Below are positions 26,086-37,452 of a stretch of DNA of 64,000 nucleotides, piece by piece. This stretch comes from Pachysolen tannophilus NRRL Y-2460 (taxonomy: Eukaryota): contig KV454014.1 in the NCBI GenBank assembly GCA_001661245.1, positions 62,001 through 126,000 on the forward strand, read 5' to 3'. The position numbers were made by a program, and so were the translations under genes. Under the pieces are notes generated by a model that was not told where the DNA came from, did not search any database, and saw only the letters and a program-made list of their open reading frames with translations. Every line of letters starts with the position of its first letter. The first letter of the stretch is position 1.

Positions 26086-28767
26086 TCATTCCTCGTTAGC
26101 CGTAGTTGTAGCAGCTCTCTTATATGAGCTATTACTATAATATCCATTTTTACTTGTAGTACTATTAACATGGTAACCAGGTCTAATATAAGTATTATTT
26201 GCAGGAATGTTATTGTTTGAGTTCAGGGATGTGGATGAATTTCTACGATAAGTAGAAGTTAAAGGTTTGTTGTGTTTGTGTACCAGCTGTTTACCGTCTA
26301 ATTCCTTAACATCAATATTAATAATGTACGATTTTTTAATTCTTCTTGTTTGATGGTCTTCATCATCTTCGTTGTGAGAAATATGAGATTTTTTCAATGG
26401 GATATTGATTCTAAATTCTGCATAATCATAACCACGTATTTTGTTAATGGCAACCTTTGATTGTAATTCTCTAACAAACATAAAATTGTTTACACCTCTT
26501 TTATAAAAAGTTGAAGAAAATCCTTCAGGGTGTTTTTTCAATATTCCTGAGTCTTGAGATTGAGATTTTATAAATTCATATATTGTCTCTTTTGAATCTG
26601 TAATATTTCTTGTATATTTCATAGATGGTAAAGAAATTTCATATTCTTCAAGATTATCATTATTGTTTTGCTCAAGTGGTAACTCAAATTGCGATCTAGT
26701 TATTAAATGATTTGAATCCTTTGATTCTAGTTTCCTTCTTATCATACTATTATCGTTATTCCTTTTACTTGTCGAATCATTCAATGATTCATGATTTTTC
26801 TTTACATTCGATCCACGATTTTTTGGTAACCCATTTGTAGAGCCATTCAGATTTCTATCAGCGATGAAAAAATCATTTTTAGTCTCCATTTGTGGAGATG
26901 GGAAAAATCTTGACAGACCTCTAAAATTATTTGGGGTTGTGGCTGTAATTACAGGGGAACTTTGCAGCGTTGTCAATGATTGATCACTTATACTACTATT
27001 ACCATTGCTCATATCAAATGCCGATGTCCATGGTGTAGTATTACCATGATCTGGGGTAGGTTTTAGAGTATTGTTGCCACTGTGCAGGCTATTTTCTCTT
27101 GAATTCCAAACTGAATTCGATTTCCAAAGCTCTGAATTGTTAGTTGTGTCGTTAAAATTTTCATCATTGGTAAAACTGGAATCTAAACTGCGGTGCTGCG
27201 GAAACCTTGTACTTCTATTATTATTATTATTATTATTGTGATTATGATTTCTATCACCGACAGTTCGTATAGCTTCAAAGATTCCTGTTATCGGATTATA
27301 CAATTCCTGTTTTGTTGGTTCATTACCATTATATCTTGAATTTGGATCTTCAAAAGAAAACCTGGAATCTACTGGCATACTGTTCACCAGAGCCGAATTC
27401 CTGTCAAACTGCTGCTGATGTTGCTTGCCATAAAAAGTGTTACCATTATTATTATTATTATTATTATTATTGGTGTTGTCGTTATTGTTATTGTTATCAT
27501 TTAGCAGAAACCCCGATGTTGTGTTCCTTCTGAATTCAAGAACAGGTGAAGTTGGAGCACCCCAATTGTTTCTAGACTGATGATTATTGAATTTTGAAAA
27601 ATTATTGATATTGGAAGCTGACGAGGAAGCAGTTTCATTTGATTTCATCAGTGGACTTATTGGACTAGACAGTTGCACGGGCAACGACAGAGTTGATGGC
27701 AGTGAGTGCGGCAGTGAATGCAGCAGCAGCAGCGGCTGCTGCTGTGGTAGTAGTTGTTGTTGTTGTGGTTGTTGTTGCAATCCTGGTAACTGTGGAGGAG
27801 CCAAAATTGATGATGAAGATGATGCTGTGTTACCACTATTATTCCAAATTTTTTCATTAAACGAATCATCATCATCTTCCATATCTGCCCAATTAAATCC
27901 TGAAGTTGAAGATAAATTAGCAAAATTAAATCTCGAAGTTACTAAAGGTTTTTTAATTTCCTCTGTAGTTTGTGTTAAAACTTGTTTAGTTATCACCAGT
28001 GGTTCTTCTTTAATTATATTTTGTAATTTACTATTACCAGATCCATTACCATTATTATTATTATTATTATTATTAATATGCGTTTCAAATTTGCTTGAAG
28101 TACGAATTGGTGAATTACTTCTACTTTTCTTCCAATAATTTTCTTGATCTATTAAACTATTTTGTCCATTAAAATTATTTGAATCCATATTATCTATTAA
28201 TTTCTTACTAGGAATAATTTTCAATTTTGGACCTGAAGATAAAGATAATGTCTTTATACCTGATTTTTGTTGTTGCATATTTGATTTACCATTGACGAAA
28301 TTTAACTTTAAATTTTTTGATGCACCAGTATAATGAAACCCTGAGGTAGAGTTATTACTACCGCCGATGCCGGCCCCACCGCCATTGGACCCATCATTAC
28401 CGGAACCAGTACCAGCACTAGTGCCAGCACCAGTATCGTTATGACCATGGCCAAGGCCTTGGCCTCGGCCATGGTCCCCAATATGAACCTGTGATGAAAC
28501 AAAGTTACCGCCGTTGTTACCAAACCCACCACTGCTACTGTTGCCGCTGCCATTACCGTTGCCGCCACTGTTGTTGTTACTACCACTACCTATACCGCTA
28601 CCGCCGTTGGTAGTACCCCCACTATCCTGCTTGAAAAAATTATTCACAGACTGAGACTTGAACTTCTTTATCGTCCTCTTCCCTATACTAGAAACCAGCC
28701 CATCACCAGCACTAGCACCATTACCACTGGTAGTACTTTTATCACAACCACTTTGCTGTTGTATCAT
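26086..28767 (-). CDS. Large low-complexity (Gly/Asn/Ser/Gln-rich) intrinsically disordered protein of unknown function
   Basis: 893-codon ORF with short motif-like islands (KKFKSQSVNNFF, FNWADMEDDDD, ELYNPITGIFE, SRFFP). No folded domain recognised. Confidence 0.8.
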   Translation of the reverse strand: MIQQQSGCDKSTTSGNGASAGDGLVSSIGKRTIKKFKSQSVNNFFKQDSGGTTNGGSGIGSGSNNNSGGNGNGSGNSSSGGFGNNGGNFVSSQVHIGDHGRGQGLGHGHNDTGAGTSAGTGSGNDGSNGGGAGIGGSNNSTSGFHYTGASKNLKLNFVNGKSNMQQQKSGIKTLSLSSGPKLKIIPSKKLIDNMDSNNFNGQNSLIDQENYWKKSRSNSPIRTSSKFETHINNNNNNNNGNGSGNSKLQNIIKEEPLVITKQVLTQTTEEIKKPLVTSRFNFANLSSTSGFNWADMEDDDDSFNEKIWNNSGNTASSSSSILAPPQLPGLQQQPQQQQLLPQQQPLLLLHSLPHSLPSTLSLPVQLSSPISPLMKSNETASSSASNINNFSKFNNHQSRNNWGAPTSPVLEFRRNTTSGFLLNDNNNNNDNTNNNNNNNNNGNTFYGKQHQQQFDRNSALVNSMPVDSRFSFEDPNSRYNGNEPTKQELYNPITGIFEAIRTVGDRNHNHNNNNNNNRSTRFPQHRSLDSSFTNDENFNDTTNNSELWKSNSVWNSRENSLHSGNNTLKPTPDHGNTTPWTSAFDMSNGNSSISDQSLTTLQSSPVITATTPNNFRGLSRFFPSPQMETKNDFFIADRNLNGSTNGLPKNRGSNVKKNHESLNDSTSKRNNDNSMIRRKLESKDSNHLITRSQFELPLEQNNNDNLEEYEISLPSMKYTRNITDSKETIYEFIKSQSQDSGILKKHPEGFSSTFYKRGVNNFMFVRELQSKVAINKIRGYDYAEFRINIPLKKSHISHNEDDEDHQTRRIKKSYIINIDVKELDGKQLVHKHNKPLTSTYRRNSSTSLNSNNNIPANNTYIRPGYHVNSTTSKNGYYSNSSYKRAATTTANEE

Positions 28768-29519
28768 ACTTCTATCCGCGGCTAATTCAAATTCCTTTTA
28801 TTCCACCTTAAAAAACCTTTCTCCAATTCAGTTTTCTCTCCACAAACAATTCAAAGCACAATTACCTTCAATAACATAGATCAATTTTCTCCTCAACTCG
28901 TTTTCTTTCCTAACCGCCAATTGATTTTGTAAACTTCTTCTTTGTTCTAATTATCTTATACATATATAAATACAGCTTTATTTCCTACTTTTAAAAAACA
29001 AAAAAACAAAAAAACAAAAAAATTAAAAAATTAAAAAAAATAAAACAAATGGCAGATTTTTCCGATTTAATTTTTTTCCGATATTTCCAACGTGTCACTA
29101 AAACCTCATCTCCAAAAAAATGAAAAAAACAATAAAAAAGAAAAAAATGTACTGAATTATATAATTGCTTACGTTATACTGGTAAAATTGGTTATATAAG
29201 ATATTTTTATTTATTTTATTAAATTTATTAAATTTATTAATTTTATTAATAAAAATAATATTATAAGGTAGATTTGTTTATTGTTTAAATTTTCCCATTC
29301 TAGCTGGTTGGTTGACTGGTGAAGGAGATTTAGTTTAAGATTGGAGAAAGTTTGGTCATTTAAGGTTTATTTTCTGGGGTGGGTAATATTGATTTTACCG
29401 TTTTCTTTCTTTCTTTCTTTCTTTCTTTATTTTTTTGGTTTTATTGGTTTATTGGTTTTTTGGTTTTTGGTTTTCCGTTGTGGAATTTTTTTTTTTCCTT
29501 TTTTTTCTTTTCCGAGTAA

Positions 29520-30551
29520 ATGAATAGTTTTTGGGCTTCGACTTCGTCTTCGTCATCGAATAAGTCAAATATTCGGGACTCAGAGATAGACTCTTCTTTT
29601 AATTCGGCTGTTGAGAGACAATTTTCCGAGGACGTTTCCACTGCCGTTGCAGCTGCTGTTCATGCTCTGCCTAGTGCACAACACGAAAAAATTCGTAAAG
29701 AAGCTCAACAAAAGATTCAGCAGATGTTCCCCGTGAATTCGAGTGCTGGAATGGGTGCCGGAATGGGTGCCGGAATGAATTCAGGAATGGGTGCTCCGGT
29801 ATCGACAGCCGTATCTGTTGCCGCATCTGCTCCTCCGTCTAACTCTACGTCTACATCTGGTTCTGGCTCTGGCTCTGGGTCCGGATCTGGATCCGGGTCT
29901 GCACCTGCAACGCTAATGGATTTGGGTAGTGATAATACTTCTACAGGTACGAATGTTGGTAACAATTCTAATGCTAATGCTAATGCTAATACAATTACAA
30001 ATACTTCTGCAAATAATAATGGGAACCGGATTCAGCCGTACAATATAAATCCGACTTTCCAGCAACAGATTGATGAACAAAGACATCATTTGTTAAATCC
30101 GGGGACAAATAATAATGATCAGGCTAGCAACCACCATCACCATCACCATCAACAGCAGCAACAACAACAGCAACAACAACAGCAGTCTCAGGAAATGGCG
30201 CCTTTACTATATAAGAATAAACAATTGGCAAATACCAAAAGAGCAGCACAAAATAGAAATGCTCAGCGGGCTTTCAGATTAAGAAGAGAACAACATTTAA
30301 AAGAATTGGAACAAAGAGTTGGGGAAGTAGATGGCTTAAAACAAGCAATCAATGGCTTGAGAGAAGAAAATTCTCAATTGAGAGATTATATCTTGACATT
30401 ACAAAGTAAATTATTAGAATATGAAAATAACAATGGTACTAAAATTCTGTCATCTGATTTGGGACATAACATCCCAGGTTTCAGTAATAGTAATACTAGA
30501 ATTAGAGATGAAAATATTAATCAAAACCTTTTAGGTGAAAAGAAAAAATAA
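29520..30551 (+). CDS. Yap-family bZIP transcription factor, Yap6/Cin5-like
   Basis: Basic region NTKRAAQNRNAQRAFRLRRE followed by a leucine zipper; no cysteine-rich domains. Adjacent to HSP78, as YAP6 is in S. cerevisiae. Confidence 0.87.
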   Translation: MNSFWASTSSSSSNKSNIRDSEIDSSFNSAVERQFSEDVSTAVAAAVHALPSAQHEKIRKEAQQKIQQMFPVNSSAGMGAGMGAGMNSGMGAPVSTAVSVAASAPPSNSTSTSGSGSGSGSGSGSGSAPATLMDLGSDNTSTGTNVGNNSNANANANTITNTSANNNGNRIQPYNINPTFQQQIDEQRHHLLNPGTNNNDQASNHHHHHHQQQQQQQQQQQQSQEMAPLLYKNKQLANTKRAAQNRNAQRAFRLRREQHLKELEQRVGEVDGLKQAINGLREENSQLRDYILTLQSKLLEYENNNGTKILSSDLGHNIPGFSNSNTRIRDENINQNLLGEKKK

Positions 30552-30667
30552 GTTCTTTATATTCCGTTTATCTGTTTTTATTAATGGCTTTTTTTTTTTT
30601 TTTTTCTTTTTCTTTCTTTCTTTCTTTCTTTAGTTTTTAATTACGTTAATTTTTTAAATTTACTAAA

Positions 30668-31078
30668 NNNNNNNNNNNNNNNNNNNNNNNNNNNNNNNNN
30701 NNNNNNNNNNNNNNNNNNNNNNNNNNNNNNNNNNNNNNNNNNNNNNNNNNNNNNNNNNNNNNNNNNNNNNNNNNNNNNNNNNNNNNNNNNNNNNNNNNNN
30801 NNNNNNNNNNNNNNNNNNNNNNNNNNNNNNNNNNNNNNNNNNNNNNNNNNNNNNNNNNNNNNNNNNNNNNNNNNNNNNNNNNNNNNNNNNNNNNNNNNNN
30901 NNNNNNNNNNNNNNNNNNNNNNNNNNNNNNNNNNNNNNNNNNNNNNNNNNNNNNNNNNNNNNNNNNNNNNNNNNNNNNNNNNNNNNNNNNNNNNNNNNNN
31001 NNNNNNNNNNNNNNNNNNNNNNNNNNNNNNNNNNNNNNNNNNNNNNNNNNNNNNNNNNNNNNNNNNNNNNNNNNNNNA
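30668..31078. other. Assembly gap (N run)
   Basis: Run of n characters. Confidence 1.
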
Positions 31079-31147
31079 AACTATATACAAAGTAATTTTA
31101 AAATTAAATAAATAAAACTAATTAATTACTTATTTTTTTTTTTTTTT

Positions 31148-33679
31148 TTAATTTTCTTTACCTTCCAATTCTTTTTCCACTTCTTCTTCAGTCCTATTTG
31201 GTTTTACTACTATCTGATCATCTTCAACAACAACATTAACGGCCTCATTATTTCTAATTTGTCCTTTAATCATTAACATAGACATTGGATTCAATATGGT
31301 TCTCTTTATTAATCTTTGTAATGGTCTAGCACCGTACAATGGATCATAACCATTTTTGGCCAACCAGTCTTTAGCTTCATCTGAAACTTTTAATTCAATC
31401 CTTCTATCAAGTAATCTCTCTTGAACTTCATCAATCCTAATATCAACAATATGTCTCAATGAATCCATCGATAACCTATTAAATACAATGACATCATCCA
31501 ATCTGTTAATAAATTCAGGTGGATAATGATGCTTCATCAATTCAATAACTTGATTCTTAGTAGTTTCACTAACTTTCCCACTCTTATTCTTCAATTCCTT
31601 ATCATGTAACAATAATTCTTGTCCAATATTTGAAGTCATTACAATAATAGTATTTCTAAAATCAACGTGATGACCTTGAGAATCAGTCAATTTACCTTCA
31701 TCCAAAACTTGTAATAAAATCTTGGAAATATCAGGATGTGCTTTTTCAAATTCATCAAATAATATAACTGAATAAGGTTTTCTTCTAACTGCTTCAGTTA
31801 ATTGTCCACCTTCGTCATAACCAACATAAGATGGAGGTGCACCAATTAATCTCATCAGAGTATGTTTTTCTTGAAATTCAGACATATCAAATCTTATAAT
31901 TGAATTTTCATTTTCAAATAAAAATTCTGCCAAAGCTTTTGTCAATTCTGTCTTACCAGTACCTGTTGGACCTAAAAACATAAAAGATGCAATAGGTCTT
32001 TTTTCATTAGTTAATCCTGCTCTTTGTAATCTTACAGCATTAGCAATTGAATGAATTGCTTCATCTTGACCAATAACTCTACCTTTTAATGAATCTTCAA
32101 TGAAAAGTAATTTATCCTTTTCACCTCTCATTAATGCTTCAGCAGGAACTCCAGTCATTCTTGAGATCACTCTAGCAATATCTTCAGAAGTGACAGCATC
32201 ATGTAATAAAGTATTTTCTGAACTTTCAAGTGAAGATGATGATGATGATTTTGATTTTGATTTATCACCATCTTTAGGAACTAATTTTTCCAATTCTGGA
32301 ATTTTAGCATATTGTAATTCAGAAGCTTTAGCAAAATCACCATTTCTTCTTGCAACTTCTAATTCATGCTTTGCTCTTTCCAAATTTTCCTTTGCATTCT
32401 TAATTGCATCAATTTTACGTCTTTCTTCTTCCCAAATTTTAGTTAATCTATCAGCTTCCAGTTGTTTTAATTTTAATTGTTCTTCCAATTTTTCCTTTCT
32501 TTCTAGTGATAATGCATCAGTTTCTTTTCTTAAACTTTCTAATTCAATTTTAATAGTTATAATTTGTCTTTCCAACAGTAAAATTGGATCAGGTTTTTCT
32601 TCATGTTGTAATCTCAAGACACTACATGCTTCATCAATTAAATCAATAGATTTATCAGGGTTAAACCTATCGGTTATATAACGGTTACTATAAACCGCTG
32701 CTGTTACTAAAGCTGAATCATTAATTCTAACTCCATGATGTACTTCATAACGTTCTTTTAAACCTCTTAATATACTAATAGTATCTTCCAATGAAGGTTC
32801 ATTTACCATAACTGGTTGGAATCTTCTTGCTAAAGCAGCATCTTTTTCAATAATCTTATATTCATCAATAGTTGTTGCACCACAACATTGTAATTGACCT
32901 CTAGCTAATGCTGGTTTTAATAAATTTGATGCATCAATAGATCCATCAGCTTTACCTAATCCCAATAAGATATGTAATTCATCAACAAATAAAATGATAT
33001 TTCCCTTTGCTTCATCCAATTCTTTTAAAACAGATTTTAATCTTTCTTCAAAATCACCTCTAAATTTAGCACCACTTATTAAAGAACCTAAATCTAAAGC
33101 AATAACTTCTTTTTCTTTCATACTTTCAGGAACTTCACCTTTAACTATTCTTTGAGCTAAACCTTCCATAATAGCAGTTTTACCTGTACCTGCTTTACCT
33201 ATCAATACTGGATTATTTTTTGTTCTTCTAGATAAAATTTGTATTGTTCTACGAATTTCTTGATCTCTTCCAATAACAGGATCTAATTTTCCTTCTTTTG
33301 CCATCTTAGTTAAATTTGAACCAAATTTTACCAATGCAGGTTCATTTTCTTGTGCTTCTCCCTGTTGTGGATTCATTCTAAAACCATGAGGACCTTGAGG
33401 ACCTTGACCACCATTAGATGCAAATCTCAATTGAATAGTATTAACACCTATTTTCAATAATCTATTCTCTCCAACAAAACCACATCTCAATAAACTTGAA
33501 GATGACAACCTATTGTTGGCGGCAGCGGGGACCGCTGCCGCATGCGAATCAATATAAGATACCCATCTCATCGCATTTGGTAAATCTACATTATTAAAAC
33601 TTCCTTTTACTCCTCCATAATTCGGCAATTTTGTTAATAAACTTTTATTGCCATTTCTCAGCATTGAAACTCTTAACAT
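31148..33679 (-). CDS. HSP78: Mitochondrial ClpB-family disaggregase Hsp78
   Basis: Presequence, no ClpB N-domain, GKLDPVIGR, two Walker A motifs ([16 protein letters not shown]), [11 protein letters not shown]. First ATG at 33679. Confidence 0.97.
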   Translation of the reverse strand: MLRVSMLRNGNKSLLTKLPNYGGVKGSFNNVDLPNAMRWVSYIDSHAAAVPAAANNRLSSSSLLRCGFVGENRLLKIGVNTIQLRFASNGGQGPQGPHGFRMNPQQGEAQENEPALVKFGSNLTKMAKEGKLDPVIGRDQEIRRTIQILSRRTKNNPVLIGKAGTGKTAIMEGLAQRIVKGEVPESMKEKEVIALDLGSLISGAKFRGDFEERLKSVLKELDEAKGNIILFVDELHILLGLGKADGSIDASNLLKPALARGQLQCCGATTIDEYKIIEKDAALARRFQPVMVNEPSLEDTISILRGLKERYEVHHGVRINDSALVTAAVYSNRYITDRFNPDKSIDLIDEACSVLRLQHEEKPDPILLLERQIITIKIELESLRKETDALSLERKEKLEEQLKLKQLEADRLTKIWEEERRKIDAIKNAKENLERAKHELEVARRNGDFAKASELQYAKIPELEKLVPKDGDKSKSKSSSSSSLESSENTLLHDAVTSEDIARVISRMTGVPAEALMRGEKDKLLFIEDSLKGRVIGQDEAIHSIANAVRLQRAGLTNEKRPIASFMFLGPTGTGKTELTKALAEFLFENENSIIRFDMSEFQEKHTLMRLIGAPPSYVGYDEGGQLTEAVRRKPYSVILFDEFEKAHPDISKILLQVLDEGKLTDSQGHHVDFRNTIIVMTSNIGQELLLHDKELKNKSGKVSETTKNQVIELMKHHYPPEFINRLDDVIVFNRLSMDSLRHIVDIRIDEVQERLLDRRIELKVSDEAKDWLAKNGYDPLYGARPLQRLIKRTILNPMSMLMIKGQIRNNEAVNVVVEDDQIVVKPNRTEEEVEKELEGKEN

Positions 33680-33852
33680 GACGAAAACTATTAATTTCTT
33701 TAATTCCGATTGCAAAAAATCGATTAAATCAACAACCGCTCTAACCAAACCAACTAACCAATATATATATATATATATATATATATAATACCATTAAAAA
33801 TTGTAATTACTATAATATTCTTTATATATATTATTTAGTTAGAGTGATCCCA

Positions 33853-33866
33853 ATCTAGAAGGTTCT
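33853..33866. promoter_or_regulatory. Heat-shock element (Hsf1 site) upstream of HSP78
   Basis: aTCtaGAAggTTCt: two perfect and one imperfect inverted nGAAn units, about 175 bp upstream of the HSP78 ATG and beyond TA-rich TATA-like tracts. Confidence 0.6.
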
Positions 33867-34458
33867 TTCCTGCCGCTAAAATTGGGATTTACACCTTCCC
33901 GATCAGGACACCCGATTTCGTTTTTTTTAAAGAGAAAAAAACCAAACACCTTTGGGATCGGGATAGATAAAAAAAAAAAACATTTAAGAAATTAACTATC
34001 AATTAGAAAGGTTTTCATTCAAATATAACTAACTAACTACAAATTTATTAAAAGAACAAGTTTATTAATTGTTTAATAAGTTACAAAAAAAAAAAAAAAA
34101 AAAAAAATAAATCAATTAAAAGTGTAATAAAAATTAAATAATATTAAAATTTTTTCTTTTAAATTGATTTGTCTCTATTTTCAGTATTGCTCGCTATTGT
34201 ACTAGAAAAGGGTATTATTTCCTTCTATTGCTTTGTTAGCAATAATATTAATTTTTTAGGCTCTAACCGGGGCGCCGTATAATACATTAAATATATTAGA
34301 TACATAATAATATACATAATATATATATATATATAAATTGATTGCCACTTATCTATAAAACATATAATTTTCATCTATTTTTTTACTTTTATCTTTTATC
34401 TTTTATTAATTTTTTTTTTTCAAATTAAAATTGAAATTTTGGAAATTAATTTTTAAAA

Positions 34459-34796
34459 ATGCACGCAAGAGATTGGTTATTAGCGTTTATTGGATTTTTC
34501 ATTCCACCAATTCCAGTATTTATTAAACGTGGATTTTTCTCTGCTGATTGTAAGTAAATAAAATTTAATTTATAGTATATATTGTTAAATCAATTTTTTT
34601 GATTATTTGAAAAATTCTAACTTAAGATTAATTTAATTTATTAGTTTGGATCAATGTTGCCTTATGTATATTAGGTTTTATTCCAGGTTTATTACATAGC
34701 TGGTACATTATTTCTTGTTACCCATACGAGGAAAAATCTAATTATCGTGGTGTTACTTTGCCAGGTAGTTCAAATAGAAATTATGGTTCCATTTAG
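34459..34796 (+). CDS. SNA2: Pmp3/UPF0057-family proteolipid Sna2; 2 exons (34459-34549, 34645-34796), 80 aa; absent from the ORF track
   Basis: Spliced product MHARDWLLAFIGFFIPPIPVFIKRGFFSADFWINVALCILGFIPGLLHSWYIISCYPYEE...NYGSI matches recalled Sna2 (MHARDW...KRGFF...PYEE...NYGSL). Intron 34550-34644: GTAAGT...TTCTAAC...TAG. Confidence 0.93.
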
Positions 34797-35098
34797 TATC
34801 AAAAAGAATGATATAAATTGAGGTTTTTTTTGTGTAGTTTTTTGCGTTTTTTCTATTGCTTTTTTTATTTTTTTCTTTTTGTGGGTCTAATCTATTTGTT
34901 TAAATTTAATGGAAATTACTTTTTTTTTATACTTATTTTCTTATCTATTTATGTTGTAGATGATTTGATGGGTTTTATTTAAAGTAATGAAAAGTTAATG
35001 GTGAAAATTCCATTTAATTAATGGTGAAGTAGTGTATGCATCTTCAAATGATTTAAAATTTTTAATATAGAAGATGAGGGTATAAATGAAAAGAGATG

Positions 35099-35324
35099 NN
35101 NNNNNNNNNNNNNNNNNNNNNNNNNNNNNNNNNNNNNNNNNNNNNNNNNNNNNNNNNNNNNNNNNNNNNNNNNNNNNNNNNNNNNNNNNNNNNNNNNNNN
35201 NNNNNNNNNNNNNNNNNNNNNNNNNNNNNNNNNNNNNNNNNNNNNNNNNNNNNNNNNNNNNNNNNNNNNNNNNNNNNNNNNNNNNNNNNNNNNNNNNNNN
35301 NNNNNNNNNNNNNNNNNNNNNNNN
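35099..35324. other. Assembly gap (N run) ending in a (TA)n microsatellite
   Basis: Run of n followed by about 18 TA units. Confidence 1.
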
Positions 35325-35366
<42 letters not shown>

Positions 35367-35422
35367 TTATCTTTATCAGTAAAGAAAGAAAAAAAAAGTT
35401 TTTTCCGTTGTTGTTGATTGTT

Positions 35423-36763
35423 ATGGATTTGATTGGAGATATTGTGGAAAAAGAGGTTGTTCCACCTGAAGCTGTTTCATTTACAGAAAAAGATCAAAGC
35501 AAATGGACAAATCAAAAACCTAGTCAATGGAGGTCAAGATTACAGAAAAAAGGTTTATCATCAATGTCGAATTCAATAGAAAATATTGATATTGATTCTT
35601 CTAGTAGCAAGTTGAAACCTAAGGGGCCTAGGGGGCCTAGGGGAAAAATTCCATTAAATTATGAAGGATTATCTGAAGCTGAAAAAATACATCAAGAAAG
35701 TATTAATATTTTAAGTTCAATGTCTTTAAAAGAGAAAGAAGAAGCAAAGAAAGAACTTTTAGATAATTTAGATCCATCAATTTTAGAAATGCTTCTAAAA
35801 AGATCTGAAAAAAGATTTTCCAAAAATGAAACTGATTTAAAAAATGTAGATGAAAAGATAGGTGAATGGTATGGTAGTTCTCAAAATGAAGAATGGGGGA
35901 AACCTATGGATGAATCTGAAGTTGATAAAGCATTAGGTATTATTAATAAAGAAAAGAAAAAAGTTTCATTTCAAGATGAAGAAAAATCAAGTAATGATAA
36001 ACAAGAGGATGAAAATGAAGATGAAGAATGGGAAGATCTTGAAAACTTGAATGATATGATGCCAACACTTGAACAAATCAAAGAAATCGAATCTCAATCA
36101 GTTAAGGAAATGATTTCAAACGTTCATTTCCCCAAAGCTCCTCAACCGCAATCTTTAGAAGATTATAAATTAGATTTAAATGATCCAAATTTTAATGAAA
36201 AATTACATGAAAAATATTTCCCCGATTTACCAGTAAATATTGATCAAATGAAATGGATGCAACCAATACCAGAACCAACTCTTCGATCTGATATTGTAGA
36301 AAATGTGAAAGAATTAAGATTTGATTTCCCAGGAAATCCATTACTTCCAAATGAATCATCTGCAGTGCCAACACACCTTGGATTACATCATCATTCTGCA
36401 GAACCAGATTTACCTGGTTATACTTTATCAGAATTAGCTCATTATTCTAGATCAACTTTTAATCCTCAACGTTGTATTGCAATTCAAACAATAGGTAGAA
36501 TATTATATAAATTGGGGAAATCTTTTTATAATTTTATTGGAATAGATGATGAAACTGAAAATAAAGAATTTTTAGAAACTACTAATATAACTGATCAATT
36601 ATGGGATTTAATTTATGAATTAAGAATATTAGATACTTTAAATGAGTTTTCAAATGAAAAATTAAATAAAAATTTAAGTGTTAGAAACTACAGTATAGAT
36701 GCATTATGGTTATGGAAACAAGGAGGTGGTGACAAAAGGAAAAAAGAAAAAGAATCAAAATAA
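35423..36763 (+). CDS. RBA50: RNA polymerase II assembly factor Rba50 (RPAP1 family)
   Basis: MDLIGDIVEKE start, IHQES...LSSM, VHFPK, LHEKYFPDLP, RFDF.G, GLHHHS..P..PGYTLSEL..SRST..QRCIAIQTIGRIL. Confidence 0.93.
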   Translation: MDLIGDIVEKEVVPPEAVSFTEKDQSKWTNQKPSQWRSRLQKKGLSSMSNSIENIDIDSSSSKLKPKGPRGPRGKIPLNYEGLSEAEKIHQESINILSSMSLKEKEEAKKELLDNLDPSILEMLLKRSEKRFSKNETDLKNVDEKIGEWYGSSQNEEWGKPMDESEVDKALGIINKEKKKVSFQDEEKSSNDKQEDENEDEEWEDLENLNDMMPTLEQIKEIESQSVKEMISNVHFPKAPQPQSLEDYKLDLNDPNFNEKLHEKYFPDLPVNIDQMKWMQPIPEPTLRSDIVENVKELRFDFPGNPLLPNESSAVPTHLGLHHHSAEPDLPGYTLSELAHYSRSTFNPQRCIAIQTIGRILYKLGKSFYNFIGIDDETENKEFLETTNITDQLWDLIYELRILDTLNEFSNEKLNKNLSVRNYSIDALWLWKQGGGDKRKKEKESK

Positions 36764-36903
36764 TATCATTGTAAATACCAATTAAATAAAATTAATTGTA
36801 ATAAATTGTAATAAAAATAGCCCTCCATTTTGATAAAAAGGTAGAGAAAAAATAAAAACTAAAAAAATTTTTTTATTTTTTTTTTTTTTTTTTTTTTTTT
36901 TTT

Positions 36904-37232
36904 NNNNNNNNNNNNNNNNNNNNNNNNNNNNNNNNNNNNNNNNNNNNNNNNNNNNNNNNNNNNNNNNNNNNNNNNNNNNNNNNNNNNNNNNNNNNNNNNN
37001 NNNNNNNNNNNNNNNNNNNNNNNNNNNNNNNNNNNNNNNNNNNNNNNNNNNNNNNNNNNNNNNNNNNNNNNNNNNNNNNNNNNNNNNNNNNNNNNNNNNN
37101 NNNNNNNNNNNNNNNNNNNNNNNNNNNNNNNNNNNNNNNNNNNNNNNNNNNNNNNNNNNNNNNNNNNNNNNNNNNNNNNNNNNNNNNNNNNNNNNNNNNN
37201 NNNNNNNNNNNNNNNNNNNNNNNNNNNNNNNN
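36904..37232. other. Assembly gap (N run) after poly(T)
   Basis: Run of n characters. Confidence 1.
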
Positions 37233-37452
37233 AAAAGGTAAGAAGTAAAAAAATAAAAAACTTAAAAAATTTTTTTTTTTTTTTTTTTTTTTGTTTTAAT
37301 TATTTTTAATAGTTTTAAATAAATATATAATCTTTTTGATAAGATATGTTGCATGGAAGGTTTCTATGATTATTAGTTGATAAACTAAACCTTCTATGTT
37401 TCATAAACTTTTATTTTATTTTATTTTATTTTTTTTTTTTGAGACCCTTTTT

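Noticed and set aside
30641..35364. Track ORFs made of X runs and IYIYIY
   Set aside because: Artefacts of N gaps and a (TA)n microsatellite.
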